DNA of 64,000 nucleotides from Desulfobacterales bacterium (lineage in GTDB: Bacteria; Desulfobacterota; Desulfobacteria; Desulfobacterales; UBA2174), in contig CAXXWC010000008.1 of assembly GCA_963668645.2 (NCBI GenBank), positions 96,001 to 160,000 of the forward strand, given 5' to 3'. Made by a program: the position numbers and the translations under genes. This document shows, piece after piece, positions 9,862 to 19,322 of this stretch. The number at the start of each line of letters is the position of its first letter. The first letter of the stretch is position 1. The notes under the pieces are model-generated. The model saw only the letters and a program-made list of their open reading frames with translations. It was not told where the DNA came from and made no database searches.

Positions 9862-10374
9862 ATGTCACGACTCCACGCCGGCGCCCTCAAAGCCGGCAAC
9901 GTTCTCGAGAAAATGACAGCCGTCCCCTTGATCGTCGTCGGCGGCCTGATGCTGGGCGTCGTGCTGGTTGGCACCTTCTGGCGCTACCTGCTCAACGATC
10001 CGATCCTGTGGACCGAGGAAGCCGCGCGCTACCTGATGATCTGGATGGCCCTGATCGCGGCGAGCATCACCATGAAGCGCCGTGAACACGTGCGGATGCA
10101 GCTGCTGGTCAACATGTTGCCCCCGGTGCTCAAAAAGATCGTCGAAACCGCCACGTCCCTCGCTGTCGCCTATTTCCTGTTCATCCTGACCCGTGAGGGG
10201 ATCGTCATGGCACTTTCGGCGCGCGGCCAGACGTCGCCGGCCCTGGGCATCCCCATGTTCTGGCCCTTGCTGGCCGTTCCGCTGTCCGGGGGGTTGACCC
10301 TTTTGCAGTTGATCCTGCTGCTCGTGGCGGACTGGACGGCCGATTCCCGATCCGGCCGCATGGAGGCCGAGTGA
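9862..10374 (+). CDS. dctQ: TRAP transporter small permease DctQ
   Basis: About four TM helices; WTEEAARYLMIW...HVRM. Confidence 0.88.
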   Translation: MSRLHAGALKAGNVLEKMTAVPLIVVGGLMLGVVLVGTFWRYLLNDPILWTEEAARYLMIWMALIAASITMKRREHVRMQLLVNMLPPVLKKIVETATSLAVAYFLFILTREGIVMALSARGQTSPALGIPMFWPLLAVPLSGGLTLLQLILLLVADWTADSRSGRMEAE

Positions 10375-11660
10375 TGATCACCTTTATGTTGGTGGTATTC
10401 TTTCTGTTGCTGCTGGCCGGCACTCCCATCGCCTTTTCGCTGGGCATCACGGCCGTTTTGGTCTTTCTCAAGATGGATGCCCCTTCGCTGATGAAGATCG
10501 TGCCGCTCAAGTTCTACTCGGGGATCGACATGTTCGCCCTGATGGCGATGCCGCTGTTCATGCTGGCCGGCGAGATCATGAACCGGATCCAGGTGACCCA
10601 TCGTCTGGTGGATCTTGCCAACGTCCTGATCGGCAACATCCGCGGCGCCCTGGCCCACGTCAACATCGTCGTCAGCATCCTGTTCGCCGGCCTGACCGGC
10701 GCCGCGGTGGCCGATACGGCCGCACTGGGCACGATGTTGATCCCGGCCATGGAAAAAGAGGGCTACCCGCGGAGCTTTTCGGCCGCGGTGACCGCGGCCT
10801 CCTCGATCATCGGCCCCATCATTCCGCCTAGCATCATCATGGTGATCTACGGCTCGATGATGAACGTCTCCATCGCCGGGCTCTTTGCCGCCGGCATCGT
10901 TCCCGGTTTTTTGGTCGGCGTGACCCTGATGATCCTCTCGGCGCGCATATCGAGCAAACGCGGCTACCCTAAGGGCAACCGCCGGGCCACATTGAAGGAA
11001 GTCACCACGGCCCTGCGCAAGGCCGTGATCCCGCTGCTGACACCGATCATCATCCTGGGCGGCATCCTCGCCGGCATCTTCACCCCGACGGAGGCGGCGG
11101 CGGTAGCGGTTTTTTACGCCATGCTGATCGGCTTTTTCGTCTACCACAACTTCGGACCGCGCGACTTGCCCGGGGTGCTGCTGGAGATGGTGCGAAACAG
11201 CGGCAGCGTCTTTGTCATCCTCTCGGCGGCCGCCATCCTCGGCTGGGTGCTGGCCAGCGAACAGGTGCCCGAGCTGGTCGGCCGGCAGATTTTGAGCCTC
11301 AGCAGCAACAAATACATGGCGTTGCTGATCATCAACCTGATCCTGCTCGTGATCGGCATGTTCATGGACATGACCGCGGTGGTCATCATCATGGGCCCGA
11401 TCCTGCATCCTTTGGCGGTGAGCCTGGGGATTCATCCGCTGCATTTTGGCATTATCATGGTGGTCAACGTCAACATCGCCCTGATGACACCGCCACTGGG
11501 GGCCTGTCTTTTCGTGGCCTGCAGTATTTCGCACATCAGCCTTGAATCCATCTCCAAAGAGATCCTGCCCTTTATCGCGGCCGAGGTGCTGGTGCTGATC
11601 CTGGTCACCTATATCCCGGCCATTTCCATGACCATTCCCCGGCTGTTGGGCTTTGCCTGA
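10371..11660 (+). CDS. dctM: TRAP transporter large permease DctM
   Basis: AMPLFMLAGEIM, GPIIPPSI, GIFTPTEAAA, TPPLG. Confidence 0.92.
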   Translation: MMITFMLVVFFLLLLAGTPIAFSLGITAVLVFLKMDAPSLMKIVPLKFYSGIDMFALMAMPLFMLAGEIMNRIQVTHRLVDLANVLIGNIRGALAHVNIVVSILFAGLTGAAVADTAALGTMLIPAMEKEGYPRSFSAAVTAASSIIGPIIPPSIIMVIYGSMMNVSIAGLFAAGIVPGFLVGVTLMILSARISSKRGYPKGNRRATLKEVTTALRKAVIPLLTPIIILGGILAGIFTPTEAAAVAVFYAMLIGFFVYHNFGPRDLPGVLLEMVRNSGSVFVILSAAAILGWVLASEQVPELVGRQILSLSSNKYMALLIINLILLVIGMFMDMTAVVIIMGPILHPLAVSLGIHPLHFGIIMVVNVNIALMTPPLGACLFVACSISHISLESISKEILPFIAAEVLVLILVTYIPAISMTIPRLLGFA

Positions 11661-11692
11661 GAAGGTCGCCGCAAAAAGAGGGGTTTGACGCC

Positions 11693-13321
11693 ATGGGAAC
11701 CCACCGATTCGACACGCTCATCCGCCACGCCACGGTCGTGGACGGCAGCGGCCGCCCGGCCAGGGTCGCCGATGTGGCCATGACCAACGGCCGCATCCGG
11801 GAGGTGGCATCCGGCCTGGCCCCCGCCGATGCACGGCATGTCGTCGACGCGGACGGTCTGGTGGCGGCGCCGGGATTCATCGACAGCCACAGCCACGACG
11901 ACGTCTACCTGCTGGTCGAACCCGGCGCTACTGCCAAGCTCGACCAGGGGGTCACGACGGTGGTCACGGGCAACTGCGGCTTTTCCATAGCACCCCTGCA
12001 GGCCGCCACCCGGCAAGAGGCGATGTCGACCCTGGCCCTGATCGGATCACAGCATCTTCCCGGCGGCGGCCCGCAGGACTTTTCGTTCGCCGACTACCTG
12101 GACGGCTTGGCGCGGGCCCGACCCGCGCTCAATGTCGTTCCGCTGGTCGGCCACGGGACCCTGCGCATGGCCGCCATGGGCATCGCCGACCGCCCGGCCG
12201 GCAAAGAGGACCGGCAGCTGATGCACCGTCTGCTCGAAGAGGCGCTGGAGGCCGGCGCCTTTGGTTTTTCGAGCGGTCTGGCCTATGTTCCGGGCACCTT
12301 TGCCGCCACCGATGAGTTGATCGACCTGGCCCGGGCGCTGGCGGTCCACGGCGGAATATATGCCACCCACATGCGCAGCGAGGCCGATCAGGTGATGGCG
12401 GCGATCGACGAAGCCCTGACCATCGGCCGCGAGGCGGGTATCCCCGTGCATATCTCCCATCACAAGGTCATGGGCCGGAACAACTGGGGCCGCAGCCGCG
12501 AGACCCTGGCGCACCTGGCCGGTGCCACTGGCGCCTGGATGCGGGTCACCTGCGACGTCTATCCGTACACCGCCGGCAGCACTGTGCTGGCGGCGGCCCT
12601 GCCGCCCGAACTGCAGGCCGAGGGGCCGGCGGTCTTTGCTGAAAGGTTGAAAGATCCCACCGTGCGCCGTGCTGTGCGCCGGCGCATTGAAACCGAGACC
12701 CATGGCGAGTGGGAAAACCTGATCAGCGTCGACACTTTCGATGGGATGGTGCTCACGCAGTGCCCGCGCCATCCAGAGTACACCGGTCGATCCATCGCCG
12801 CTGTGGCCGGGGCTGAAAGCCGCGATCCGTACGATGTTTTTTTCGACCTGGTCATCGAAGAAAAGATGGATGCCATGGTCGTCGAGTTCATGATGCACGA
12901 AGACGATGTCGTCCGGATCCTGCAAAGCCCCCTTTCGATGGTGGCCACGGACGGGCTGCCCGGTTTCGGTTCCGGCATGTTCCACCCGCGCTTTACCGGA
13001 ACGTTTCCCAGGGTCCTGGGGCGCTACGTCCGGCAGCAGGGGGTGCTGAGCCTGGAAGCGGCGGTCCGCAAGATGACCGGACTGCCGGCGGCCACCTTCG
13101 GCTTGGCGCGCAAAGGCCTCCTGGTCCCGGGTTGTGATGCCGACGTGGTCCTTTTCGATCCGGCGGCTATTGGCGATTGCGGCACCTACGAAGCCCCGGG
13201 GCTCAAGCCGGTGGGGATCCACGGGGTCTGGGTCAACGGCCACCGGGTGACGGAGGCCACCACCAGCCGCGCGTCCGAAAGATGGGGCCGCGTGCTGCGG
13301 CGCAACCGCGCCGCCGCTTGA
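11693..13321 (+). CDS. N-acyl-D-amino-acid deacylase (D-aminoacylase) family amidohydrolase
   Basis: PGFIDSHSHDD, GNCGFS, HMRSE, HISHHK, DVYPYTAGST, HPRFTGTFPRVLG. Confidence 0.88.
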   Translation: MGTHRFDTLIRHATVVDGSGRPARVADVAMTNGRIREVASGLAPADARHVVDADGLVAAPGFIDSHSHDDVYLLVEPGATAKLDQGVTTVVTGNCGFSIAPLQAATRQEAMSTLALIGSQHLPGGGPQDFSFADYLDGLARARPALNVVPLVGHGTLRMAAMGIADRPAGKEDRQLMHRLLEEALEAGAFGFSSGLAYVPGTFAATDELIDLARALAVHGGIYATHMRSEADQVMAAIDEALTIGREAGIPVHISHHKVMGRNNWGRSRETLAHLAGATGAWMRVTCDVYPYTAGSTVLAAALPPELQAEGPAVFAERLKDPTVRRAVRRRIETETHGEWENLISVDTFDGMVLTQCPRHPEYTGRSIAAVAGAESRDPYDVFFDLVIEEKMDAMVVEFMMHEDDVVRILQSPLSMVATDGLPGFGSGMFHPRFTGTFPRVLGRYVRQQGVLSLEAAVRKMTGLPAATFGLARKGLLVPGCDADVVLFDPAAIGDCGTYEAPGLKPVGIHGVWVNGHRVTEATTSRASERWGRVLRRNRAAA

Positions 13322-13388
13322 TCCGGTTCATAGTGGCGGGCCGATGTAAGGCAGCGCTTTGAAATAAAACGGGCCACCGCCCGGTAAC

Positions 13389-13425
13389 AAAGAGGCAGCA
13401 CCCCTCGGGGTGCTGCTTCTTTTTT
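13389..13425 (+). terminator. Intrinsic terminator ending the ord-ort-TRAP operon
   Basis: AAAGAGGCAGCACCCC-TC-GGGGTGCTGCTTCTTTTTT. Confidence 0.85.
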
Positions 13426-13603
13426 GGGGATTTCAAAATGTGTCTTATTATCGACTGCCTGCAGGGCATGGTAATGGCGGCGCAGGTGTAGTGCCGCCGC
13501 AAGGCCCAGGGGCTGTGCTGGTGGAAACGAGCGTGCTGCGGCTTTGGGTCGGTATCGAGTCTGGTCTTGGCCAATTGAAGCAGGATAAGAGATCTGATAC
13601 ATA

Positions 13604-14564
13604 GTGTCCATGAATCCAGACGACATATTTCGCGATTTGAGAGGTCGCACCGGCAAGGCCATCGCCATTCACAGACTGATCAACGGTGATGCGAGGGATC
13701 TATCATATTTGGACGATGCATCAGTCCATCTCGCCGTTACATCGCCACCCTATTGGAACTTGAAACGATACAACGAAAATCCGGATCAGCTCGGTCATAT
13801 TCAGGAATACGAAGCTTTCCTGTTTGAATTGGAGAAGGTCTGGCGACACGTCTACCGGATTCTCGTACCCGGCGGTCGCCTCGTGTGCGTGGTGGGAGAT
13901 GTATGCGTGGCACGCCGTGATTTCGGGCGCCACTTGGTTTTCCCATTACATGCCGATATCTGTGTCATCTGCCGGCGAATCGGATTTGACAACCTGAACC
14001 CGATCATCTGGCGATAAGATCGCTAACGCTTCCTACGAGATTGAGAACGGATCGAAGTTTTTAGGAAAGCCCTACGAACCGAATGCGATTATCAAGAATG
14101 ACATGGAATTTATCTTGATGCAGCGGAAACCCGGAGGCTACCGAAAACCGACCAGTCAGCAACGAGAGACAAGCCGGATCGAGAAGGATTCGTTCAATCG
14201 TTGGTTTCAGCAAATCTGGAACATTACCGGCGCGTCTACCAGGCATCACCCGGCACCGTTTCCTTTGAAACTTGCATCACGTCTTGTGCGTATGTTTTCA
14301 TTCACCGAAGACACGGTTCTGGACCCGTTTTGCGGATCGGGGACCACGATGGTGGCGGCCTTCCGCACAGGCCGCAACAGCATCGGGGTAGAAATCGATC
14401 CCGAATACTGCCGTATGGCGGCGCGCTACCTCAAGGCGGAGACGACAGACCTTTTCACACCAGCCGAACTGAGGTTTGAGAAGGCACCTACCGAGGCCGT
14501 CGCCATGGTAAGAGAGGACTCGGCCCTGTACGAGATACGCCCGGCCAGAAAGAAGCTGGAGTAG
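13604..14564 (+). pseudogene. DNA methyltransferase (N4/N6 family, beta order), split by a +1 frameshift near 14013
   Basis: VTSPPY lies in ORF 13604-14017; HPAPFP and VLDPFCGSGTT lie in ORF 14103-14564. Removing one G from TGGCGATAAG restores IIWHKIANASYE...IIKNDMEF. Confidence 0.85.
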
Positions 14565-14966
14565 ATGGCAAATAATCAACATCGGGCAATCGCCAGAGAA
14601 ATAGCGCAAAGACATCTCGATGCCGCAGATCCACTCGGTTGGTTCGAGGCACTTTATTCGTGTGCCGGCAACGACACCTCGATCATTCCTTGGGCTGATT
14701 TAAAGCCAAATCCGATCTTGCCTCTGGATATGCGCAGTGACGCAATAAAGGCGATAGCTTCTTCTGTCGCTCCGAAAGGCACGTTGCTGGTTATCTCCAG
14801 AGGACGAGAGATAAACGAAGCCAAAGGAAAGATGCCGTGGCCTCTTACAAAAGAAGAATTGGCACTCTTTCAGACCCACAATTTGGAGGAATTATCTTTT
14901 GAGGACTTCATGGACGAAGAAGACCCTCCCGTACGTAGATTCAGGGCAGTCTATCGTCGGGAGTAG
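14565..14966 (+). pseudogene. Class I SAM methyltransferase (TPMT-like) remnant with an in-frame internal deletion
   Basis: The N-terminal DPLGWFEALY...IPWADLKPNP runs directly into the C-terminal LP...VAPKGTLLVISRGR...PWPLT; no SAM-binding GCGxG core. Confidence 0.6.
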
Positions 14967-15055
14967 GGGCGATGCCGGCAGGCAGTTTAGCAAACGAAAG
15001 CTAATTTTTACGGCCGCTGAACTGCTACGTTGAATCACTGAAACCAAAGGAATTC

Positions 15056-15757
15056 GTGATGAAAAAGACTTTTAAGCAAAAATTACTCATATTTTGGAAA
15101 GGTTGGGGGTATTCGATTTTTATCGCTTTGATTATCGCCACATCTTTCAAATCCGCCATCGCCGATTGGTATGTTGTCCCCACAGGCTCGATGAAGCCAA
15201 CGATTGTTGAAGGAGACCGGGTGTTTGTCGATAAATTGGCCTATGATTTGAAAGTGCCGTACACCCGCTGGCATATCACTGAATGGGATTCGCCTCAACG
15301 GGGTGAAATCGTGGTTTTCCCTTCCCCTGCAGACGGTACACGGCTTATAAAAAGAATAGTCGGCGTTCCGGGGGACAGGGTTGAAATGAGAAATGACCAG
15401 CTTATCATCAATGGTGATCGGGTGGAATATGAACCTATCAGCCAATTGAACGATGAAAGCCTGACAGTCAAGAATTTGTCGCCCACATATGAATGTATTG
15501 AAAATCTGTTTGGCACACAACATCCGGTCATGTTCATTCCCCTGCGTCGCGCGATGCGATCCTTTGGGCCGGTGAAAGTTCCTGAGGGTAAATATTTCAT
15601 GATGGGTGACAATCGTGATAACAGCGCTGATTCTCGATATTTCGGGTTTGTTGACCGAAGCCTTATTCTCGGGCAGGCCAAATATATTGTAATGTCACTC
15701 GACATCAACAGCTATTATCGGCCGCGCTGGGGACGGTTTTTTACCGCACTGCCATAA
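15056..15757 (+). CDS. lepB: Signal peptidase I
   Basis: N-terminal TM, catalytic Ser in GSMKPT, Lys in LIKRIVGVPGD, and MGDNRDNSADSRYFG. Confidence 0.93.
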   Translation: MMKKTFKQKLLIFWKGWGYSIFIALIIATSFKSAIADWYVVPTGSMKPTIVEGDRVFVDKLAYDLKVPYTRWHITEWDSPQRGEIVVFPSPADGTRLIKRIVGVPGDRVEMRNDQLIINGDRVEYEPISQLNDESLTVKNLSPTYECIENLFGTQHPVMFIPLRRAMRSFGPVKVPEGKYFMMGDNRDNSADSRYFGFVDRSLILGQAKYIVMSLDINSYYRPRWGRFFTALP

Positions 15758-15819
15758 GCACGGCAATTATTCTCATCATTTTGAATATTTGATTTGAATC
15801 TTCACCAGGGAAGGCGTCC

Positions 15820-16515
15820 ATGCCCCATCCATGGCAATATGATGAATCCGTTCAAGTCGGCACGGACTATCGCGATGAGAAAGAAGTTCGTGCCTATGAC
15901 CGGTATATGCAGAAATTGCGCGATGTGGATAAAGAGGCCAAAGAGATTGCGAAGGCTTTGGCGGTAGGGCCGGATTTTACTGTATGGGAGATCGGAACCG
16001 GCACCGGTGAATGCGCTCTTGCGATTGCTTCCCAGGTAGAATTTGTTTACGCCACCGATGTTTCGCCGGTCATGTTGGAATATGCTTGCCGCAAAGCAGA
16101 GCAACGCCAAATCTCTAACGTAAGATTTGAAAAAGGCGGGTTCCTTTCCGGTTTCCGCCCGGATCGCCCCGTGGATGGCATTGTCACTCAGTTGGCCTTG
16201 CACCACTTGCCTGATTTCTGGAAGGCGCGGGCGATGGATGGCCTGGCTAGAGGACTTCGTCCGGGAGGCAGGCTCTATCTGCGTGATGTCGTATTTCCCT
16301 CAGCCATAGATAATCATGATGCCTTTTTTAGAACGGCGATTGAGGAAGTGAAGGCAAAAGCCGGAGATGAAGTCGCAGAACAGACCATACAGCATATCAA
16401 GGAAGAGTTTTCTACTCTGGACTGGATACTCGAAGGCATGATGACCCGCAGCGGTCTGAGGATAATCGAAAAAGGCGGCCAAGGATTTCTATGGGTGTAC
16501 GTCTGCGAAAAATGA
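15820..16515 (+). CDS. Class I SAM-dependent methyltransferase
   Basis: VWEIGTGTG, DVSPVML, ALHHLPD, LRPGGRLYL. Confidence 0.88.
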   Translation: MPHPWQYDESVQVGTDYRDEKEVRAYDRYMQKLRDVDKEAKEIAKALAVGPDFTVWEIGTGTGECALAIASQVEFVYATDVSPVMLEYACRKAEQRQISNVRFEKGGFLSGFRPDRPVDGIVTQLALHHLPDFWKARAMDGLARGLRPGGRLYLRDVVFPSAIDNHDAFFRTAIEEVKAKAGDEVAEQTIQHIKEEFSTLDWILEGMMTRSGLRIIEKGGQGFLWVYVCEK

Positions 16516-16558
16516 TTGCCGGACAATTGGTTGAAGAAAAATTCGGCAAACAGGAGGG

Positions 16559-17413
16559 ATGACCATGTCAACGAGTTTCAGTAGGTTTTACCTCTCAATT
16601 ACGCTTTGCGTTATCTTGTTGATAATGGGTTGCGCAGAGTTTTATGGGAGCAGGCAGAGCAGATATGCCAGCAGTGTGGTCGAGTATCTATACCCTGAAA
16701 AAGAGGTGGCGGAGGTGCCCGCTATTCCTCATCTTTCCCTGCCGCTTCATGTCGGGATCGCCTTCGTGCCGGAATCTGCCGGCAGGCAGGATACAAATCG
16801 GCTGGGCGGAAAAGAAAAGATGGACTTGATGGAACGAATCTCTGCCGAATTTCGGACGCTGCCATTCGTCAAGGCCATCGATTCGATCCCTGCCGATTAT
16901 CTGATAAAGGGTGGCGGCTTTACAAACCTGGATCAAATAAAAACGATGTACGGAGTTGATGTAATCGTTCTTGTCTCCTATGATCAAGTGCAACATACTG
17001 ATGAAGGGATGTTGTCCCTGCTGTATTGGACCATCGTGGGCGCCTATACGATTAAGGGTGAAAAGAATGACACCAGCACGATGATCGATGCTGTGGTTTA
17101 CGATATTTCCAGCAGAAAAATGCTTTTCCGCGCTCCTGGCACAAGTCATATTAAAGGGTCTTCCACCTTGGTGAATTTATCAGAACAGTTGCGATCCGAC
17201 TCTCTGAATGGTTTTCATGTGGCCGCCGATGATCTGGCAAAAAACCTTAAACTCGAGCTTGACCGTTTCAAGAACAAAATCAAAGAAATGCCGGAATCGT
17301 ATGCCATCGAGCATAAAGCCGGCTACACCGGTGGTGGCAGCTTGGGGGCAGGGTATGCACTGACGCTGCTCATCCTTGGAGGGACGGCGCTATGGTTGAA
17401 CAGGAAAAGATAA
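16559..17413 (+). CDS. Rhombotarget-type lipoprotein with GlyGly-CTERM sorting tail
   Basis: Lipobox LIMGC; SSVVEYLYP and LLYWTIVGAY; C-terminal GGGSLG, TM helix, then RKR; overlaps a rhomboid gene. Confidence 0.85.
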   Translation: MTMSTSFSRFYLSITLCVILLIMGCAEFYGSRQSRYASSVVEYLYPEKEVAEVPAIPHLSLPLHVGIAFVPESAGRQDTNRLGGKEKMDLMERISAEFRTLPFVKAIDSIPADYLIKGGGFTNLDQIKTMYGVDVIVLVSYDQVQHTDEGMLSLLYWTIVGAYTIKGEKNDTSTMIDAVVYDISSRKMLFRAPGTSHIKGSSTLVNLSEQLRSDSLNGFHVAADDLAKNLKLELDRFKNKIKEMPESYAIEHKAGYTGGGSLGAGYALTLLILGGTALWLNRKR

Positions 17414-18045
17414 AACCCACCATACGTTCGCTGTCTTTATTTGTCGTCAGCGTTTCGATAATCGCCTATGCCTGGCCCGGGATTTCATCTTTTTTGATGT
17501 ATGATCGACAAGCGATCCTAGCAGGAGAATTGTGGCGGCTTTTCACCGCGCCCGTGGTTCATTTTTCAGCGAGTCATATGATCTGGGATGCCGTGGTTTT
17601 TGGGGCCGCCGGTTTAACCATCGAAGCGGCCGGTTTCCGTTATTTTTGGCTCGTATGCGGCTTTGCAGCCGTTATTCCCAGTATGATATTTTTCCTGGCG
17701 GTCCCGGAAATAGCGCGATTTGGCGGACTTTCCGGGTTGGCTACCGGAGCGGTAACATACCTTTCACTTAGCAGTTTATGCGGATCGAAGAAGAACAAAT
17801 GGATATGGCTGGTCATCCTCGCTTTTATCGGCGTCAAGATTGTTATTGAAACGATACTCGGGGTTCCGTTATTTGCCCGGCCCGAGACTATGCCTTTTCG
17901 GCCGGTTCCTCTGGCCCATGGATTGGGATGCCTGGGGGCATTGGTTGCGATAGCCTGGAGTTGGCCCGATTTCGTGCCCACAGGGCACCAGGAGGCTGGC
18001 CGTTGTGAAGTTGGTGTTCTGCCTCGCGATCCCCTGCGAACATGA
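17392..18045 (+). CDS. Rhombosortase (rhomboid-family intramembrane serine protease)
   Basis: GELWRLFT, HFSASH, catalytic GGLSG and PLAHG; next to a GlyGly-CTERM target. Confidence 0.85.
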   Translation: MVEQEKIKPTIRSLSLFVVSVSIIAYAWPGISSFLMYDRQAILAGELWRLFTAPVVHFSASHMIWDAVVFGAAGLTIEAAGFRYFWLVCGFAAVIPSMIFFLAVPEIARFGGLSGLATGAVTYLSLSSLCGSKKNKWIWLVILAFIGVKIVIETILGVPLFARPETMPFRPVPLAHGLGCLGALVAIAWSWPDFVPTGHQEAGRCEVGVLPRDPLRT

Positions 18046-18080
18046 ATCCGGCCTGCCTCGTAAAATGAAACCCCCGGGGT

Positions 18081-18591
18081 ATGGAAAACATGGAAAAATC
18101 GAATACGGTTCGAGACGCTGAAAAGGCCGATGCCGAGCGGCTGGCCGGGTTGATACGATCCGCCTTTCGCGATGTGGCTGAACGCTTTGGGCTTACGGCG
18201 CAAAACTGCCCCAAACATCCATCCAACTGTATCGGAACATGGATAGAGGCCGATTTCGCGCGGGGCGTGGAATTATTTTATCCTGTCGCAGGATGGTGCT
18301 CCTGTGGGGTGCGTCGGGGTGGAAAAGGCCGGGGACGATTTTTACTATCTTGAGCGCCTGGCAGTGCTGCCCCAAAAGCGGCGGCAGGGATTGGGCCGGC
18401 AACTGGCGCTACATGCCATCGAAGAGGCCAGGTCAAAGGGAGCCGGCCGGATCGGCATCGGCATCATCGCCGCGCAGCACGAACTGAAACGATGGTACGA
18501 GCGACTGGGATTTGTCGCAACGGCCACCAAGCGCTTTTCCCATCTGCCTTTCGAGGTTTGCCTGATGGCATTGTCGCTGGGTTCGGTATAG
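18081..18591 (+). pseudogene. GNAT acetyltransferase, +1 frameshift near 18270
   Basis: Deleting one G in GGCGTGGAATTAT joins NCPKHPSNC...RGV to NYFILSQDGAPVGCVG...LERLAVLPQKRRQGLG...WYERLGF. Confidence 0.8.
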
Positions 18592-18619
18592 TTCTCCGCC
18601 ACCAGAGGCCCCCAGGCCC

Positions 18620-18726
18620 CAACATTTTTTTAACGAGTACAGTCTTAACCGCTTCGGGCCGGCAGGACGGCACCTGAATCGCTGTCGGGCGGTGAAAAAC
18701 AGCGGCTGGTGATTGCCTGTGCCAAG
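18620..18726 (+). pseudogene. Fragment of an ABC/ECF ATPase gene
   Basis: 18673-18726 translates PESLSGGEKQRLVIACAK (ABC signature) with no start codon or Walker A/B in frame. Confidence 0.55.
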
Positions 18727-19248
18727 GGCATCGTTCATCCTGATCCTACCTTGCCGCATGTTTTCGGCCCTGACCAACCTCTTTGTACACCTGAACTTCG
18801 AGGTAAGCGGCCTGTCATCCTGACAAACCGCCGTATCCGGTGCTGTGGCCGTTGGGGTTAAAGATGGCGCAGTGCCGCCCTTCGGCGAAGTGGTAGGGGT
18901 GTGCTGAACGCAGACTGTATAAATGAATTCTTTTTCTGAACCATAAACCGTGGACGATCGCAGGCGTTTTCAGAAAAAAAACCGTCACGCCGGTTGCGAT
19001 GAGGGCAGCAACATGTGCATGGGATGGGGAATCCGTAGTTGAGCAAGTACATGGCAGGATGGACATGCGGAGAATTGCCAGCGGTTTGACAGTGTCGTTG
19101 TTTTGTGCTAATGCTTTCATATATCCATATACTGAATAATTAATAAAATTCCTTCGAAAACTTGACCACAACATGTCGTGGCGGAATTTTCGAATTCAGC
19201 GGCGTCTCGCCGGACAACCTGATGCGTGTTCGCCCAGAGTCCGGCAGA

Positions 19249-19263
19249 TGGCACGCCATTTGC
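19249..19263 (+). promoter_or_regulatory. Sigma-54 (-24/-12) promoter of the RiPP precursor
   Basis: TGGCAC-GCCAT-TTGC matches TGGCAC-N5-TTGC, about 60 nt before ATG 19323; AT-rich tract upstream. Confidence 0.8.
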
Positions 19264-19322
19264 GGCGCATGGCATGCAGACTGTTTCCGTATCCTCTTAA
19301 ACGTGATGAAAGGAGGGGGAAA

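Noticed and set aside
14012..14030. Stop-codon readthrough or Sec/Pyl recoding in the DNA methyltransferase
   Set aside because: The downstream half is in a different frame, so this is an insertion rather than an in-frame stop.
19173..19322. Upstream extension of the precursor ORF (141-aa call)
   Set aside because: It spans the sigma-54 promoter, and the strong RBS points to ATG 19323.
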